DNA of 60,820 nt, the filler included, from Basidioascus undulatus (lineage: Eukaryota): NCBI GenBank assembly GCA_000826855.1. It is 10 parts of 10 records of this genome, joined end to end, with 100 filler letters (N's around TTAATTAATTAA, not from the genome) between each part and the next. Parts side by side here need not be neighbours in the genome. Positions count along the whole stretch, not along the records: positions 45,042 to 48,917 come from JTLS01002297.1; positions 49,018 to 52,890 come from JTLS01002298.1; positions 52,991 to 56,857 come from JTLS01002299.1; positions 56,958 to 60,820 come from JTLS01002300.1; 6 more parts are not named here. One strand, 5' to 3'. The position numbers and the translations under genes were made by a program. Shown here piece after piece: positions 48,590 to 60,073 of the stretch (position 1 is its first letter; the number at the start of each line of letters is the position of its first letter). The notes beneath the pieces were generated by a model, which made no database searches, had not been told where the DNA came from, and saw nothing but the letters and a program-made list of their open reading frames with translations.

Positions 48590-48917
48590 TCCCCACGCCT
48601 CTTTCGCCCCGCCTCCTCCCGCGCCTTATCCCCGGCAGCCCTCAACCCCACCGCGACGTTCCCCACCATCTGGACGATCTGCGGGCTGGCCGTGGCGAAC
48701 CCGCGTGCCGTTCCCAGCCCCACATTGTGCGCCCCTGCCCCGCGGACGGGCACACCCCCCGGCATGGCCGGGCGCGCAAGGGCGCGCAACCGCGCCGCCC
48801 CGCCTGCGTGGAACGTGGAGTGCGGGCGCGCGGAAGAGATGGGGCGCGGAGAGTGCGCGTGGAGCGGGGGGGGTGTCGAGGACGGGGCGAGAACTCTGAA
48901 CGAGGTGCGTGAAGCCA
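48590..48917 (-). CDS. Internal fragment of a basidiomycete hypothetical protein, colliding with SIN1
   Basis: Open minus frame ...GAHNVGLGTARGFATASPQIVQMVGNVAVGLRA, resembling a recalled VGLGTAR.F...NVPVA.RA family. Confidence 0.5.
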
Positions 48918-49017
48918 NNNNNNNNNNNNNNNNNNNNNNNNNNNNNNNNNNNNNNNNNNNNTTAATTAATTAANNNNNNNNNNNNNNNNNNNNNNNNNNN
49001 NNNNNNNNNNNNNNNNN
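48918..49017. other. Artificial contig linker 7
   Basis: Same 100-nt linker. Confidence 0.98.
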
Positions 49018-49700
49018 CCGCCGCACGCGACCCACAGCTCGTCGCCCAGCAAGGCGGCGAACCCAAAGTCCGTAGCGATGCGGTGTGTGCGGGGCGTGCT
49101 GCTCAGCCGGACGCCCTCCTCGCCGTTCGCAGCAGCGTCGTCGCCCCACACCTTCAGCAACCCCGTCTCGTCGAGGCTGAGCATCCGCCCGTGCCGGCGC
49201 CAAATATGGACGACCGCGCCCATGTGCGCGCCGAGCTTGAGCTCGCGCAGCTCGCCCGTCCACGCATCCACCTCAAATAACGCGCCGTCCTTGCTCCCTC
49301 CCCACAACAACATCTCGCCCTCTGCCTCGCCCGCGCGAGTTTTGAACTCTAGCGCGGTGATGCGCGTCTCTTTCTCCGGGGAAGTGTAGAACGGCGCGTC
49401 CCCGCCTGAGGCGAGGTCGAGGTTGTACAGCCGCACGTGGTGCGCACCCGTGGCGACGAGGTTGTTCGACACCGCGAGCGCGAAGAACTGGCTCTTGGCG
49501 TTGACACGCATGGGGTGGGGCAGCAACGGCGGACGCCGGTTCACGAGCGTCGCATCGGGGAGGTCGTCCGCTGCGCGCCGCCGCAGCTGCGGGCCTGCCC
49601 CGGGGCCAGGCGCGTCTTCGTCGTCCGCGCCGGACTCGTCCGAGTCCCCTGGGGCGGTTGCGGCCGCTGCCAGCGCCGGCGGCGCGGCGACCTTGGAGTT
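49018..49700 (-). CDS. Internal fragment: Pro-rich + WD40-like region, probably a basidiomycete inositol polyphosphate 5-phosphatase
   Basis: LPDATLVNRRPPLL, FALAVSNNLVATGAHHVRLYNL, RITALEF, LWGGSKDGALFEVD, AHMGAVVHI, MLSLDETGLLKVW. Catalytic domain not in the contig. Confidence 0.6.
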
Positions 49701-51783
49701 TCGCCGCGGGGGTGGGGGCAGCCGCGGCTGCCGCCCCGGTCTCGAGGTTGACGAGCTTCGGCGACGCGTTCTTGCCCGCGAAGTAGTCGGCCGCGCTGAG
49801 GGCGGGCTCGGACGCGGGCGCGGGCGGGGAGATGTCCGACTGGAAGGACTGCTCCTTGCGCGGGACGATGAACGAGACGGGCTCGACGGCGCTCTGTCCA
49901 GGTTTTCCAATGTCCCCAGTCAGGATCCCAGCTGGACAGGAAAGGAGGAAGGGGAACAAAGAGGCAGCGAACGCACCTTGGTAGTCTTGAACGCGCGCAT
50001 GATCTCGTTCGCGGACGTGTTGAGCGCGCGCCGGGGGAGGAACGTCATCCCGCGCTGGGGCTCGCTCGAGGTGTACTGCGTGAGGTAGTCTGCGGGAAAT
50101 TGTAAAGGATCAGAGGACGCCTGAAAGAAAGAAGACCAGTTGGAGAACACGCACGCAGGTCATCGTTTTCGTACTCGTAGTAGCGGATGTTGCCGTCGCC
50201 CTTGCCAGCTGCACCCATCCACGTGCACATTACCATTCCCATCAGTGCCTTTCCTCTCGCGCGCTTGGGTTAACAGCCAAAAAGAAGGCGAGCACACCCA
50301 GGAATAGGAGGTTGTTGTCGGACCTGTTGCAGTGCAGCGTCAGTATCCAGTGCATTCTCCATAAGGAGACAAAGAGGAACAAAGAGAAGAAGAGATGGGA
50401 GGATGGAACAGGGGGCCACACCAGAACGGCATGATCACGCCGCTGGACGTGTCGAGCGTGACGGTCTTGATCGGCTTGCCCCCGTCGATCTTGCCCGCGT
50501 CCCAGAGAAAGACCTGCACCCCCGTCCCCCGCCCCACAACATTCCACCCCACACCTGATCAGCGCCCAGTTGCCCCAGCCCGCTGGGGAAAGTCCACCGC
50601 GCACCTGCCGATCGCTCATCTTGGAGAAGCCCGTCGTGGCGATCCTGTCGAGGCCGCCCATCCAGCACACGCGCTGGCCCTTGATCCCCTGGTGCCCGTC
50701 CGTCTCGGCCACAGGCCCGCCGGGCGTGCGGGGGTCGAACAGGCGGAGCCTGCGGTCGCGGGAGGTAGTCGCGAGGAGTGTGCCGGTCGAGTTGAAGCTC
50801 ATGCTCTGGATTGCGTCCTTGTGTCCCGAGAGGGTGACGACGCTGTCGCTCCCAGGGCGGCCGACATCAAACAAGCGCACAGTTTGGTCCCCGGTCGCGG
50901 CGGCGAGGACGTTGCTCGCGGTGGGGTGGAACTCGACGTAACCGACCTTCCTGCCGGACGCATCGAAGCGCGCCTGGGGCGCAAAGTCCTCGACCTCCGC
51001 GGCCGTGCCCTTCTTGCCCTCGTTCTCGTTCGCCTCGAGGCGCGCAAAGACCGCGTCGTCCACCTTCCATACGAAGACGTTCCCGTCGTCGCCCGCGGAC
51101 GCGACGACGCGGTCGTCGAACGGCGACCACGCCGTGTCGAGCACGGGCGCGCTATGCCCCCGCGCGAGGGGGAACAGGTCCGGAAGCTTGCCCGTGAGCG
51201 TGTGCGGGATGATCGCGAACGCGCCCCCGCCGGAGGCTTGCCAGTTGACCGAGAGGTAGAGCGCCGAGGAGGACAGCCCGTTTGTGTCCTGCCCGCCATC
51301 TTCCCATCAGCACCAGCACCCAGAGCGTTGAAGTGGGATTGTTTCGATGCACCCAGGCGTTCTGCGTCACGCGCACGTTCTCATGGACTGCCGGGGGAGG
51401 GGGAGGGGAGGTGAGATGGACGTGGACGAGGAGGGGCAGGGGAGGACGGACTGAGCTCCTTCTTGGCGCGCTCGCCGTACACTGCGGGTCGTAGATTGTC
51501 AGCTGACAGCGGAGAGGAAAAGTGTGAGGGAAAGGAGCGCACCGTGACGGTACGAGCTCGGCCGGACCTGAGCGGGCAGTCGGAGAGGAGCGTCAGCACG
51601 GCAGGTTCAGGGAGCAGGGGCGAGCAGTGAACGATAGTGCATGGCATCACATCTCCGATCCCAGCCCGTCGTTGTATCCTGACCAACCACCCCGATCCAC
51701 CCCGATCCACCGCTCCCAGCCTCCCAGCCCACCTCGGTCGCAGACCCCCATATCACGAGCAGGGGACTCACGAAGCGCGACAT
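49700..51783 (-). CDS. CRN1: Coronin (actin-binding WD40 protein); C-terminal coiled coil missing
   Basis: MSRFV|RPSSYRH; NVRVTQNAWD; YLSVNWQASGGGAF; GHSAPVLDTAWSPF; GHQGIKGQRVCW; TTGFSKMSDRQ; GKGDGNIRYYE; PQRGMTFLPRR; VEPVSFIVPRK. Confidence 0.95.
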
Positions 51784-52492
51784 GTCGATTCCCGCTCTGT
51801 TTCTTTCGACTTCGGGGGGTGAGAGCGAGCTGTGGCGGGAGTATCGGCCTGCGTGGGTCCCAGAGATGCGGTGGTGGGTGCTGGATATGCGGGTTGATGG
51901 GAGAAGGAGCGAGTGGACGACGTCCAGGGGCCAGCGCACGCCCGGGGTGGGCGAGCATGCGAGTCAAGTACGTAAGCGGCGGGCTTCTCGCTTGAAGCTG
52001 AACCGGTGAAACGAGCACTCGAGCTCGCACATCATCTTGTCCTTGACTTACTTACACCCAGCGATATTGCCGGGAACCGCATAGCATCGGCATCGATCAT
52101 CCCAGCACCGAATCCTCCAGACGAGCTCTGTCTCGTGGCTCGTTCAAGCTGATATCGACATCATCCCGATCGTCGCTAGACTCATCCTCGCCCTCGCACC
52201 TCGTTTCGTCCATATATGCACCGTAGCCTGTAACGTTGACATGTGCGTACTCCGAGCTACGTTGTCGTTGAGTCTACTGTGCGGAAGCGAGCTTGAACGC
52301 GGCCGTGCGTTCGTGCGGGCGTGTCCAAAGTCCACCGCACACCAGCTGTGACTAGCATGCCTGACGCTCATCCGCTGACCCTTCCCCTTCCATCGACCAA
52401 ATAGCCATACCACGCTCATCTCACCCGCTGCTCCCCTCACGACCTCCATCACCCCACCCGTTCGCATTCCACCCACCCTCCCGCCGCCCGCG

Positions 52493-52890
52493 ATGTCCGA
52501 AGTCCTCCCCGTCGTCACCCCCGGCCGCACACTCTTCATCTCCAAGCTCCCTCCAAAGATTACCGAGTCCGAACTCATCCTGCCCTTCACGGCCTACGGA
52601 CGGATCACGCACGCGCAGCTGATCCACACGCACACGTCCACCTACGGGTACATCACGTACCAGCACGCCTCCTCAGTCGCGAACGCACGCAAGCAGAACA
52701 CGCGCCCCCCCCCGCCCGGCTTGTCAGATGCGTGGGAGTGGCATACCGGCGCGCTCCATGTCCAGCCCGCGAAGGAGGGCGTGCTACTGCCGAGCGATGT
52801 GGGGACGAAGGGCAAGGTGCGCGCGGGGACGTGGACGAGGGTGAGGGGTCGGCGGATGAGGAGGCGGCAGAGGCGGAGGACATAGGGAAT
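52493..52890 (+). CDS. RRM-domain protein, 5' part
   Basis: RTLFISKLPPKITESELILPFTAYGRI (RNP2) and TYGYITY (RNP1). Confidence 0.7.
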
Positions 52891-52990
52891 NNNNNNNNNN
52901 NNNNNNNNNNNNNNNNNNNNNNNNNNNNNNNNNNTTAATTAATTAANNNNNNNNNNNNNNNNNNNNNNNNNNNNNNNNNNNNNNNNNNNN
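52891..52990. other. Artificial contig linker 8
   Basis: Same 100-nt linker. Confidence 0.98.
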
Positions 52991-53392
52991 CCTGCCCGTC
53001 TTCCCCCCCTCGTTGGCCGGCGTAGGCGTTTCCGCCCGCGCGTCGAGCATGCACCCCCAGGACGACGAGATCATGCGCCTCACGGACTCGTACTCGGAAT
53101 CGTTCTCGCAGTCCGCGGCAGTGTACGCCCCCCCGCCGGCGCTCCTGCCTGATGCACAGGAGCGCCCGTTGGAGGAGGACGAGGTGCTCCGGTGCTTGTG
53201 GACGGGTAAGGACGGCCGGGCGTGCGGGGAGGTCTTGGACAGTCGGGAGGTGCGTTATCCCCTTCTTCTTTCTTCCCTTCCTTTTTTTGCCTTGCGTTTG
53301 TGGCTTTGACTAGGGCTGATTTGGGATGGGCGCGGCGCGGGCAGGCGATGAAGCAGCATCTGAGGGATGCGGGGCACTACGCGCCGCGCTGA
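52991..53392 (+). CDS. 3' end of a protein with a terminal C2H2-like finger
   Basis: LRCLWTGKDGRACGEVLDSRE|AMKQHLRDAGHYAPR-TGA across one GT..AG intron. Confidence 0.6.
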
Positions 53393-55288
53393 GCGCGGGA
53401 GAGGAGGCGACGATCGATCGTGCTTTTGATTCTTTCGGGTTTATTGATTCGTTTGTTTGTTTTGAGTAGTCTTGATTGCGGGCATGAGCATTTCATGTTT
53501 GCGTTGTACCTGCACAGCGAGTACAGCACTTGCGGCATGTGGTGCTGGCCAATCGTCGGTCAAGCGTGTTACAGGAAAAGGTACGTCTGCCCATGGGAGT
53601 ACTGTTGCGGGATCCTTTTATCATTCAGAATATCCAGTCGCGTCTCCGCAATGCTGCAACGCAGTAGGGTGTGCTGGAAGGAAGTCCGGCAGATCTCCCA
53701 GCCACGGTGTCGAAGCTTGAGGGATCATCATGGAACCGGTCGGACTCCTCGCTCCTGGTTCAAACGCCACAACTCGTCTCTGTCCCGAGGGACGCGGCGA
53801 GGTGTGGGACCTTCTGATCCGATGTATGTTCAAGGGGCCGAATAGTAATGGTAGGTGGTTGTACTCACTGAGCGGGGGGATGCGAGCAACGACCGAAGGA
53901 CTGGACTTGCAGATACTCTTACAGCCTATAATCTGCGGTTATGCAGTTAGCTATCGTCAGAAGCTTCGATCCTCTTTCACTTCTTGGGTACATTCACTCG
54001 CTGTTCGATATATCCGCTCGCCCTTTTCCACAGCAGCTGAATTGTACGTGGTGGACGCGCGGCTCCTTCGAAGTGCGTTGTGCATTTCTGCAGCAGGCAG
54101 GCGAGTGCATGGGCTAGCGTTCCAGAAAACAGCACTGAACAGACTGAAAGCCTCCTCCCTTGTGCGAGTTGCAGGCCGACAACCGCCCCAAGCTCTATGC
54201 AACCTGCTGCTGACTTGCTCGCAGAGGGGTGCGCGTTGCAACTGATCTGCAAGCGCACTCGATTAGACTGCTCTTCATGACGTTTCGAAGTCTACCGGCG
54301 TGCCCAGTGTGCTTTACCGCGCGCATGGATAGTGCGAGGAGGACTGAAGGGGATGTGCGAAGGCGTACCCGTCGCGCGGGTTGCGCTCCACAGCGCCTCC
54401 TTGAAAGCTTTGTCTGCGTGCATTGCAAATGAAGCAGTCTTGATACCACACGAGAGAGCCAAGATGAACGAGCAAGGCCGGAACATTTTATGTGGCTCAA
54501 CAGCAGCAACGCCGGTGGGATGGGAGGGTGGGATGTTGTCGAGTTCGAGAAGGTGGAGAGTCGGAGTTCCACGGAAGATGCGACGTCATTCTCGTGACAC
54601 GCCGGCGGTCTGAGCCTGTCGTCGCACCGAGGGCGTGGAATGCGCGAGATCACCTTGTTCACCGGCGACCCCAACTACGACGACGACGACGAAAAAGCAC
54701 TGTGAGTAGAGAGCGTTCCTCCAACCGTGGTGGTGTATAAAGAAGAGCGAACATCCGCGGAGAGGTACCGGACGGACGCAATGGTGGAAAGAGCGATGTC
54801 GGCTGTCGAGCGAAGTTTGAACCGCCCAGATCGGTCACTGCCTTCGTGGGTCGCGGGGATCGGTCCGCTTCCTTCCAGCGAGCGGGCCGTGGGTTCCGCC
54901 ATATCGAATCCCATGCCCGGGGAAATGGGCCTTCGGATTCGATTGGTGTGGAGTCGACAGACTTTGCCCAGTCTCGATTCTTTGGGAAAACGCGGGCACG
55001 GGCCGAGCGCTGCTGCTTGCTTGCCTGCTGCTGCTGATCTGCATCTGCTCCACGACGATCTTGTTCATGCCCCGCCGCTGATCCTCATCCTCCTCGCCAC
55101 CACGACACGCACCAACACACGCACACACCTAGATCGGCGCACTGAGCATTTGTGGTTATAGCAGCGCACGCCGTTTACCCGACTCTCTTCCATGTACCAC
55201 TTCCCGACATAAAGGATCGACGCACACGCACACCCACACACACGAGACCCGCCCCGCCTAGTCCACCGACGCACACTATACCCGCTCC

Positions 55289-56857
55289 ATGTCGCTCTAC
55301 GCTGCGCCAGATGACGGCGCAGATGGCGAGCGTAGGCCGTCGCTGCCCAGTATTCGGTCGTTGTTTGGGATCACAGGCGCAGGTGAGTCCGCGGGTTGTC
55401 AATCTCGGTCCTCGGTGGTCTACCCTACCCCTCGCACCCGACGACATTCCTCCCTGCTCGCGTGATGTGAGCTCCTTGTCGGTGGCGACTGGCGCCTGTG
55501 TCTTCGTCGAGGTTTGGAGGGCCACTCGAAACCCCATCGCCACGCCCACGCCCTCCGCGTCGAGGCTGCGAACCATAGCGCGCTTTCGCAGTCCGCTGAG
55601 TATGGCACAGCTGTCGCGGCATATTGTTGCTCTTGTGACAGTACATCCGCTATCCGGACTATATTTCCTCGCACCGTGCTTCTTCGCGTGGCAGGGCGCC
55701 CTTTTCCTTGGCCTGCAGCCGCTCGTCTTCTCTCGATCGGTGCGACTCCGCAGTCTCCACTCGCTCACGGCCATCGCGCCTGCACCTTCCCTGATTATCG
55801 CGACGCATCATTGACCTCCAATCTCTCTTCCTCCTCCTTTCACCTTCACTCTACACTCCAGATGAGCTCGACCGTGTCCCCCTCCCCTCGCCCGACGTCG
55901 GCGGCAGCTCCAGCGCCGACGCGAGCTCGGCGACGCCCATGGAGACGAACTCGACGTCTTCCTCCTCCTCCTCCTCCTGTCCGCCGGCGAACACGAACAG
56001 CAGCACGGCAGCCTTTCTCCAAGCCTCGCTGCACAACACCGCCCTCCACCCGATCAAGCCCGTCCTCCCCTTCGCGAACCCGCACGACGCCTCCCCCGCC
56101 TACACACCCCAGCACCCCTCCGCCCCCTCCCCATACGATCACCAGTCGGACGCGTCGGACGCGACGGGCCAGTCCGCGGGCGTCCACGCCGCGGGGTACC
56201 TGAACGGCTTCGACTCGGCCGAGTACGCTAATGCCATCGCAAAACACTACCGCCCCTGTCCCTGGGGCGGCGGCTTCCACCCATACGCGATGACGGGCAG
56301 CTCGAGCTCGTCGTCTGAGTCGGACTTCGGGCTCATGGGCGCGCCGGGGCCGTCGAGCTCCAGCGCAACATCCATGTCCGCGTCCCCACACCCCCAACCG
56401 GACCCACATTCCCAAGTCCTCGTCCCCCGCCCGCGACATCCCGGCCTGGGGCGGCGCAAGCGCTCGGCGTCCTTCTCGGCGGGGACGACGCACTTCCGCG
56501 AGACGCCCCTCTCGGGCGCGATCCCGCCCACGGCGAACGTGTACCCGAGCGTCCACCCCTCCTTCGTCTCCGTCTCCGCCTCGGGCCACCTCCACCCGTT
56601 CTTCTACGCCTCCGAGCAGACGTCCCCCAGCTCGAGCGCCAGCCCCACGCCGTCGCAGCAGGCCGGCGAGCTCGCCGCAGCGGCGACACTCGCGGCTGCG
56701 GCCGAGGCTGCAGGCGGGTACGAGTCCTCCGCCGCGTCGTCCTCGGACGGGTCGGGCTCGTGCGGCCAGAGGAGGAGACACACCATCGGCTCGGTCCCCG
56801 ACGGCGCGGCGCTCTACATCCCCGGCATGTCTCCTTCTCGTCTTAGATCGGAAGAGC
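55289..56857 (+). CDS. 5' part of a probable transcription regulator (LPSIRSLF motif, Ser/Pro/Ala-rich)
   Basis: Exon 55289-55382 (MSLYAAPDDGADGERRPSLPSIRSLFGITGA) joins in phase 1 across intron 55383-55861 to the long ORF containing 55939-56857. No DNA-binding domain reached. Confidence 0.6.
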
Positions 56858-56957
56858 NNNNNNNNNNNNNNNNNNNNNNNNNNNNNNNNNNNNNNNNNNN
56901 NTTAATTAATTAANNNNNNNNNNNNNNNNNNNNNNNNNNNNNNNNNNNNNNNNNNNN
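56858..56957. other. Artificial contig linker 9
   Basis: Same 100-nt linker. Confidence 0.98.
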
Positions 56958-57056
56958 GGAACAGCGAGCGAGCTCCTCGGGGTTTCTCCTCGTTTTGAAC
57001 GAACGGATCGGAGCTGGACGATCATTGACGCTCTTACCTCCGTCTTTCGCTCCCAG

Positions 57057-57529
57057 TTCGACGTGAAGATGACGTTCGTCCCTTCCTTCCTTCCCCCTTG
57101 CCCCATCCCTCCCATCCCTCCCCTGCCCTCTCCTGCCCTCCCTCACGCTCCCTTCCCGGCAAACACAGCTGCGGCGGCTGCTCCGGCGCCGTCACGCGCG
57201 CTTTGAACAAGGCGAAGGAGGACACGTCCGCGGGCGTGCGCGACTTCAGCGTTGACCTCGAGACGCAGACGGTCGTCGTCCACGGTACGCTTGGCTTCCT
57301 GTCAGCGAGAGAGGAGGGGGAGGGGGGCGGGGCGACTGATGGGGTGTTGGACTGGGTTTGAAAGGTACCGCGGGACTCGAGGCTGTCAAGGCGCGCATTG
57401 CGAAGACCGGGAAGGAGGTGCGTCGTCTTCGTCCTCCATGGCTTGGGACCCTCCCATACCCGCAGCGCAGGACTCACACATTCCGCATGGAATACTCAGA
57501 TCCGCTCCGCCGAGGTCGCGCAGGCGTAA
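57057..57529 (+). CDS. ATX1: Copper chaperone Atx1 (HMA domain), first exon missing
   Basis: FDVKMT|CGGCSGAVTRALNK...VDLETQTVVVH|GTAGLEAVKARIAKTGKE|IRSAEVAQA-TAA. Confidence 0.92.
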
Positions 57530-57916
57530 GCCTCCATCCACCAGGCGCCGGTCGCCCATGCCCAGCCCTCGCCATTCGTTTCGTCGCAAAACGCCCTGCT
57601 TGAACTTGACTGAACTTGAACTTGAGTAATGCATCATACCCATTTGCTTTCTGTGATGCGTGATGCGTATGCGTGGCAGACGAGCGGGCGAGCTTGAAGT
57701 GGCAGCGGTATGATATCATGTGAAGATGTACGAAGACGACGATGACATGCGTATGCGAAGCGAAGACAATCGTGGATCAGAAAAAAAGGCGCGTATAATA
57801 GGGTAAAGGCGGGGTGCGTAAACTACAACGTTGTCAAGAGAACACAAAAGCCCAAGTAGGAGGAAAAGGAATACGGATGCGAGAGAAAGAGAGGGAGGGT
57901 AAGGAAGGGGGGAAGC

Positions 57917-59999
57917 TCAAGCCTCCACCAGCCCAGCAGCGATCTCAGCCTGTCTCAGCGCATGCAGCTGCTGCTGCTGCTGCTGCTGCTGCTGGGCCTT
58001 GGACTTAAGCGAGCTCGAGCTCGCCGAGCGGCCCATGTCCTTGCCGTTCACAAACGGCTGGCGCATGAGCTCGGCCGCGGACGGCCGCGCGGCAGAGTTG
58101 ATCTCGAACGTGAGCGCGAGGAAGTCCTGCGCTTCTTGTGTCACGTCGTCGGGGATGTCGGGGGAGGTGGAAGAACCGATCTGCAGCGGGTGGGAGGGGG
58201 AAGCACGCAACGTCGAGTCCGTCAGTGACGTGTCGTGCGGGCGGTGAGCTGCATGTGCAACGGGGCCGCACCTTGAAGATGGCTTGCATTTGGTTGAGCG
58301 AGGGCTGTGGACGGCAGCGGCAGCGACGTCAGCATGCGAGAATCGCCAGACGTGGGATGCGGAAATGGGAGCAGCGCACGTAAGGGTGGCTTCCGGTGAG
58401 CATCTCGACAATCAGCTGTGTAAGCGTAGTGAAGTCAGTCCCCAGCCGTGCAGAGCCGGCAGCCGGCAGCGCGCCACTCACGCAGCCCAAGCTCCAGATG
58501 TCCGCCTTGCGCGTGTACGGTTCCTGCTTAACGACCTGTCCAGCACCCGCTCCCATATCAGCATCCTTCCCCCACCCTCTCCCTCTCCCTCCACTCACCT
58601 CCGGCGCCATCCAAAACACGCTCCCCTGCAAGCTCTGTCGTGCGCGGGCATTCCCCAAGCTGTCCTCGACCTTCTTCTTCGAGATGCCAAAGTCGGAGAT
58701 CTTTACGCCGCCCTTGTTGTCGACGAGGATGTTGGCACCCTTGATGTCGCGGTGGATGATGTCGCGCTCGTGGAGGTAATTGAGCCCCGCAAGGATCTGC
58801 CGCACAAAGTTCCGCACGAGCTCCTCCTCGAACGCGCCGTAGTTGCTCAACAGCGCGGCGACGGAGCCGCCGGGGACGTACTGCGCGCACGTACAAGAAG
58901 TACGTTAATACGCGTCCTGGTTGCAGTCAGAGCTCCGACATTCAACGCACTTCGAGGAAAATGTTCAAGTGCGTCTCGTCCATGGATGAGTCTGTTCGTA
59001 ACCCAGGATCAGCAAACCGCGTCTCACCTTCGCGCCATCAAGTCGCGGGTGCGGGGGGGGGGGCGCACCGAGGTACTGGACGATGTTCTGGTGCTGCAAG
59101 TCCTTGAGGAGCTCGATCTCGCGCTCGAGCGCGTTAAGCATGCTCTTCTTGCGCTGCTCGTCGCGCGACGACGCCGAGGGGAGCTCGACCTGCTTAACGG
59201 CCATGAGCAAGCCCGTGCGCTTGTTCATGCCCAGGTAGACGCTCCCAAACGAGCCGCTGCCGATGAGCGCACCCTTGTGCCACTTAATCGGTTGGCGGGC
59301 TGGAGGAACGGATGCGTATCCAAGTCAGCCATCGTACCTCTCGAGGTAAGACAGAAGGGAAAAGGAAAGGAACAAGAACGCACTGCCGGTGGAAGCCTCC
59401 AGCTCCTCAGCCTCTTCCTCCTCTTCCTCTTCCTCCTCCTCTTCCCCAGCCATAGCGGCGAGCCCCGGGCTCAGTCCCACGCTCGGTCTGCGCAAAAACA
59501 TGTCCGACCCGAGCGCGGGCGGGGCGAAGTCCGGATCGCTATACGTCGTCGCTGCGTCGTCGTCCTCCTCGCCCTCCTCCTCATCCGCCTCCTCCTCTCC
59601 ACTAGCGCCGGCAGCCGCACCTCCACCCGTAGCCGCACCCGCGCCCGCAACGGGGCCGATGGACTTGGCCCAGCTCACGCGGCGGTTCTCGACCTCGGCG
59701 GTGATCTCGTCGACGGTGAGGAGGCTCCCATTGTCGCTCCTGTGGCTCGGGATGCGGGCGAGGCCGAGCAAGCTCCTGCGCGCTGCGCCGGCGCCGGCGC
59801 TGCTCCCGTTCGACGAGTCCGTCGACGACGACGGGCGCCTCACGTCCTCCTCCCAATCGAACGGGCCGATTGAGACGGGCGGGAGGCGCGGCGGACCGAG
59901 CGACTCGGTGCTCGCGCGCGGCTTGGCACTCTCCCCGTCATCGTCCGTCCCCTCGCCCCCCGTACTTTCGTTCTCGCCCTCCGCCTGCTGCTGCTGCTG

Positions 60000-60073
<74 letters not shown>

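Noticed and set aside
58284..59873. 529-aa plus-strand ORF, and similar long antisense ORFs over MRPL4, coronin and the kinase
   Set aside because: Shadow ORFs from high GC3 on the opposite strand of well-supported genes.
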